DNA of 63,111 nt, taken from assembly GCA_016214005.1 (NCBI GenBank), contig JACRPK010000007.1, forward strand, positions 1-63,111, read 5' to 3'. The notes under the pieces were generated by a model. The model was not told the origin of the DNA, ran no database searches, and was given only the letters and a program-made list of their open reading frames with translations. This DNA comes from Candidatus Wolfebacteria bacterium (GTDB lineage: Bacteria > Patescibacteriota > Minisyncoccia > UBA6257 > UBA9933). Positions 61,135 to 63,111 of this stretch are shown one piece after another. Each line of letters opens with the position of its first letter. The first letter of the stretch is position 1. The translations under genes were made by a program, and so were the position numbers.

Positions 61135-62938
61135 TTTTTTATCAGATTCTATAACGGGAAAATTTATAAAATTATTTTTTATTTTCTGCATTATTTTTTT
61201 ATTATTCGGTTTTTTAATCCTTTATTTTATCAAAATAGAATCTGGGGAATACGCTGTTTCTTTCCAGAATTATAAAGTTAAGGAAGAAGCGGAAATAATC
61301 GGAGATTTTATCGGAAAAACGCTTGACGATTTGAAATCTTTTTATGTTTTAAAAAATGATATCGCTAAAAACGATTTTTCGCTTACCCTTACCCATATTT
61401 ATCAGCTTTTTTTAGTCAATAAAAGCATTGAAGAAGTTAAAATTGTCAGTCCTGATGGGTTTGAAATGCTGGGCGTTTCTCGGACGAGGCTGTTCCCTAA
61501 AAAAGAATTGAAAAGCGTTAAAGAAGATATTTTTTTTAAAACGGCAAAAAGCGGGAATATTTTTATCGGCGATGCTATTTTAGACGGCCAGAATGTTTAT
61601 TTTGATATCGCGGCGCCTTATTTTGATAATTTTCAGCTCACGGCCGTAGTTTTGGCAAGAGTCAATTTAAAATATTTTTTTGATGGAATTATTTTAGAAG
61701 ACATGCCCGGCGGCGGGCATCTGCATATTTTAAATAAGAACGGCATTATTTTGGCGGCGCCTGATGGTCGTTATGTCGGCAATGATGTTTCCAGCACGGA
61801 TCTATTTAAAAAAATAAAAGAAAGCAAAGAGGGAGTTGCTGGCATTAAATGCAATCCTTGCGTTGAGAAACACGATTTTAACATAATCGCTTCTGCCCAT
61901 GAAATGGAGAGTCAGCCGTATTTTATTGTTGTTTCGGAAAACAGCGAAGACAATGTGTTTGGGCTTTATTATCGGGTGAGGAATATTTTCTTAGAGACAA
62001 TTGTTTTAATTTTATTTATTTATATTGCGGCATTTTGGATTTTTAATTCCAGACTAAAAAAACAAATTCAAGTTTTAACTGACGGCGTTTTTAGATTTCA
62101 CGAAGGCAAATATAGCGAAAAAATTGTTTTGAAAACCGGAGATGAGTTGGAATACATAGCCTGGCATTTGAATCACTTGGCTTCAAAGATAGAACAGAAT
62201 ATTGAAGATAAAAATAAATTCATCGAAAAATTAAAAGAAATTGATGTTTTGAAATTTAATTTTATTAAAACCATTTCTCATCAATTGCGAACGCCGATTA
62301 GCTCTATGCTTTGGCTTTTGGAAAATTTAATTAGACAAATGTCCGAAAAGCTCACAAGCGAACAAAAAAATATTCTTAACGATGTTTATGGAGCTGGTCA
62401 AAATATAAATCAAATTGTAAACGATATGATTTTGATGGCGGATATTGATGACAAAAAAATAACTTTAGAAAAATCAAAAGCTAATTGCGAAGATATTATT
62501 AATTCGGCTATTTTGGCGATTCAAAGTCAAGCGCGCGAAAAAAATATTATTATAGAATATCAAAAATCAAAAACTCCTTTGCCTGACTGCGAGAAAGATG
62601 TTCGGAAATTAAAATTTGTTTTTGAACGAGTTTTGGATAATGCCGTAAAATATAGCGAGTCTGGCAAAAAAGTGATTATTAAATCTGAAATAAAAGATAG
62701 AGAATTGATTTTTTCTGTCGTTGATCAAGGGATAGGCATTTCGCAAGCTGAACAGCCAAAAATTTTCACAAAATTTTACAGAGCTTCAAACGCTTATAAA
62801 TTGATTCAGAACGCTTCGGGTCTTTCACTTTATATTGCTAAATATTTTATAGAACTTCATGGCGGGAAAATTTGGTTTCAGTCCCAGGAAAATAAAGGAT
62901 CCACTTTTTATATCTCTTTACCAATAAAATCGGCTTGA
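61124..62938 (+). CDS. Sensor histidine kinase (TM, Cache-like domain, TM, HAMP, HisKA, HATPase_c)
   Basis: H-box TISHQLRTPIS, N-box DNAVKYS, G-boxes VDQGIGI and ASGLSLYIAK. Confidence 0.88.
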   Translation: MNINFLSDSITGKFIKLFFIFCIIFLLFGFLILYFIKIESGEYAVSFQNYKVKEEAEIIGDFIGKTLDDLKSFYVLKNDIAKNDFSLTLTHIYQLFLVNKSIEEVKIVSPDGFEMLGVSRTRLFPKKELKSVKEDIFFKTAKSGNIFIGDAILDGQNVYFDIAAPYFDNFQLTAVVLARVNLKYFFDGIILEDMPGGGHLHILNKNGIILAAPDGRYVGNDVSSTDLFKKIKESKEGVAGIKCNPCVEKHDFNIIASAHEMESQPYFIVVSENSEDNVFGLYYRVRNIFLETIVLILFIYIAAFWIFNSRLKKQIQVLTDGVFRFHEGKYSEKIVLKTGDELEYIAWHLNHLASKIEQNIEDKNKFIEKLKEIDVLKFNFIKTISHQLRTPISSMLWLLENLIRQMSEKLTSEQKNILNDVYGAGQNINQIVNDMILMADIDDKKITLEKSKANCEDIINSAILAIQSQAREKNIIIEYQKSKTPLPDCEKDVRKLKFVFERVLDNAVKYSESGKKVIIKSEIKDRELIFSVVDQGIGISQAEQPKIFTKFYRASNAYKLIQNASGLSLYIAKYFIELHGGKIWFQSQENKGSTFYISLPIKSA

Positions 62939-62970
62939 TCTATTTTAATAGCCGCGCGCGGGGAATGGGG

Positions 62971-63111
62971 TATGTCCAGGTCCATATAGATATTGACCAC
63001 TTAGGTTTGTAGACTAATAACATCTTTTGTCGGCAATCGACCAGTTTGCCATTTGCGATAATAGGCTTCGGGAGTCAAATAATTCAGCGACTCATGAGGC
63101 CTTATTTTATT
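62971..63111 (-). mobile_element. Partial IS element, an inverted twin of 1..137
   Basis: 62971-63107 is the reverse complement of 1-137. Confidence 0.8.
63001..63111 (-). CDS. Transposase C-terminal fragment (identical to 3..107, plus one complete extra codon)
   Basis: The minus strand reads NKIRPHESLNYLTPEAYYRKWQTGRLPTKDVISLQT-stop. Confidence 0.65.
   Translation of the reverse strand, partial: NKIRPHESLNYLTPEAYYRKWQTGRLPTKDVISLQT

Noticed and set aside
61701-61718. ATGCCCGGCGGCGGGCAT, a near-palindrome in the histidine kinase, as a further member of the GC-palindrome family
   Set aside because: It shares no half-site with CCTGCCTGCC/GGCAGGCAGG and encodes a plausible PGGGH loop, so it is likely coincidental.
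1-63111. An alternative genetic code (UGA sense), as seen in some candidate phyla
   Set aside because: Several conserved genes end at UGA at the expected length, and prfB retains the UGA-dependent frameshift site. Standard code 11 fits all long ORFs.

Overview
This is an AT-rich, tightly packed bacterial chromosome segment, roughly one-third G+C by eye. The gene content fits a small-genome Patescibacteria/CPR-like organism (inference): a short IF-2, an archaeal-type AspRS, two GT39/PMT-like glycosyltransferases, a PilM-like pilus gene, a ComEC-like MBL protein, a GIY-YIG ORF and many tiny TA genes. The genetic code is standard, with UGA used as stop; the RF2 gene carries the classical CUU-UGA-C +1 frameshift site. 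Core gene blocks are: ruvA, M23 peptidase and a murE-like ligase; grpE, dnaK, a membrane ORF and dnaJ; eno, prfB, ftsE, ftsX and a Clp-type ATPase; sod, a comEC-like gene, aspS, a histidine kinase and pyk; infB; typA; leuS, a pilM-like gene, a large membrane protein and recO; scpA, scpB, a DD-carboxypeptidase, mraY, ftsW and murG. There are seven tRNA genes (Lys, Thr, Leu-UAA, Cys, Ser, Asp, Leu-UAG). No rRNA genes or CRISPR arrays were seen.

The main non-core observations are:
1. A tRNA-Ser-adjacent island (about 33.3-39.0 kb) holds a GIY-YIG mini-cassette, a phage tail-fibre-like protein with an S74 chaperone domain, and five different type II toxin-antitoxin cassettes. Each cassette is bracketed by a repeated copy of the tail-fibre gene 3' end plus a promoter.
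2. A conserved ~62-nt hairpin element lies behind tRNA-Lys and tRNA-Leu, each time with an inverted and a direct duplicate of the tRNA T-loop/3' end.
3. A G+C-rich orphan gene plus an NYN-domain gene sit next to tRNA-Leu.
4. A 20-bp GC-rich palindrome (CCTGCCTGCCGGCAGGCAGG) is inserted in frame in the murE-like gene, infB and recO, and occurs once intergenically.
5. One complete IS481-like element is present, and identical inverted IS ends close both edges of the window.
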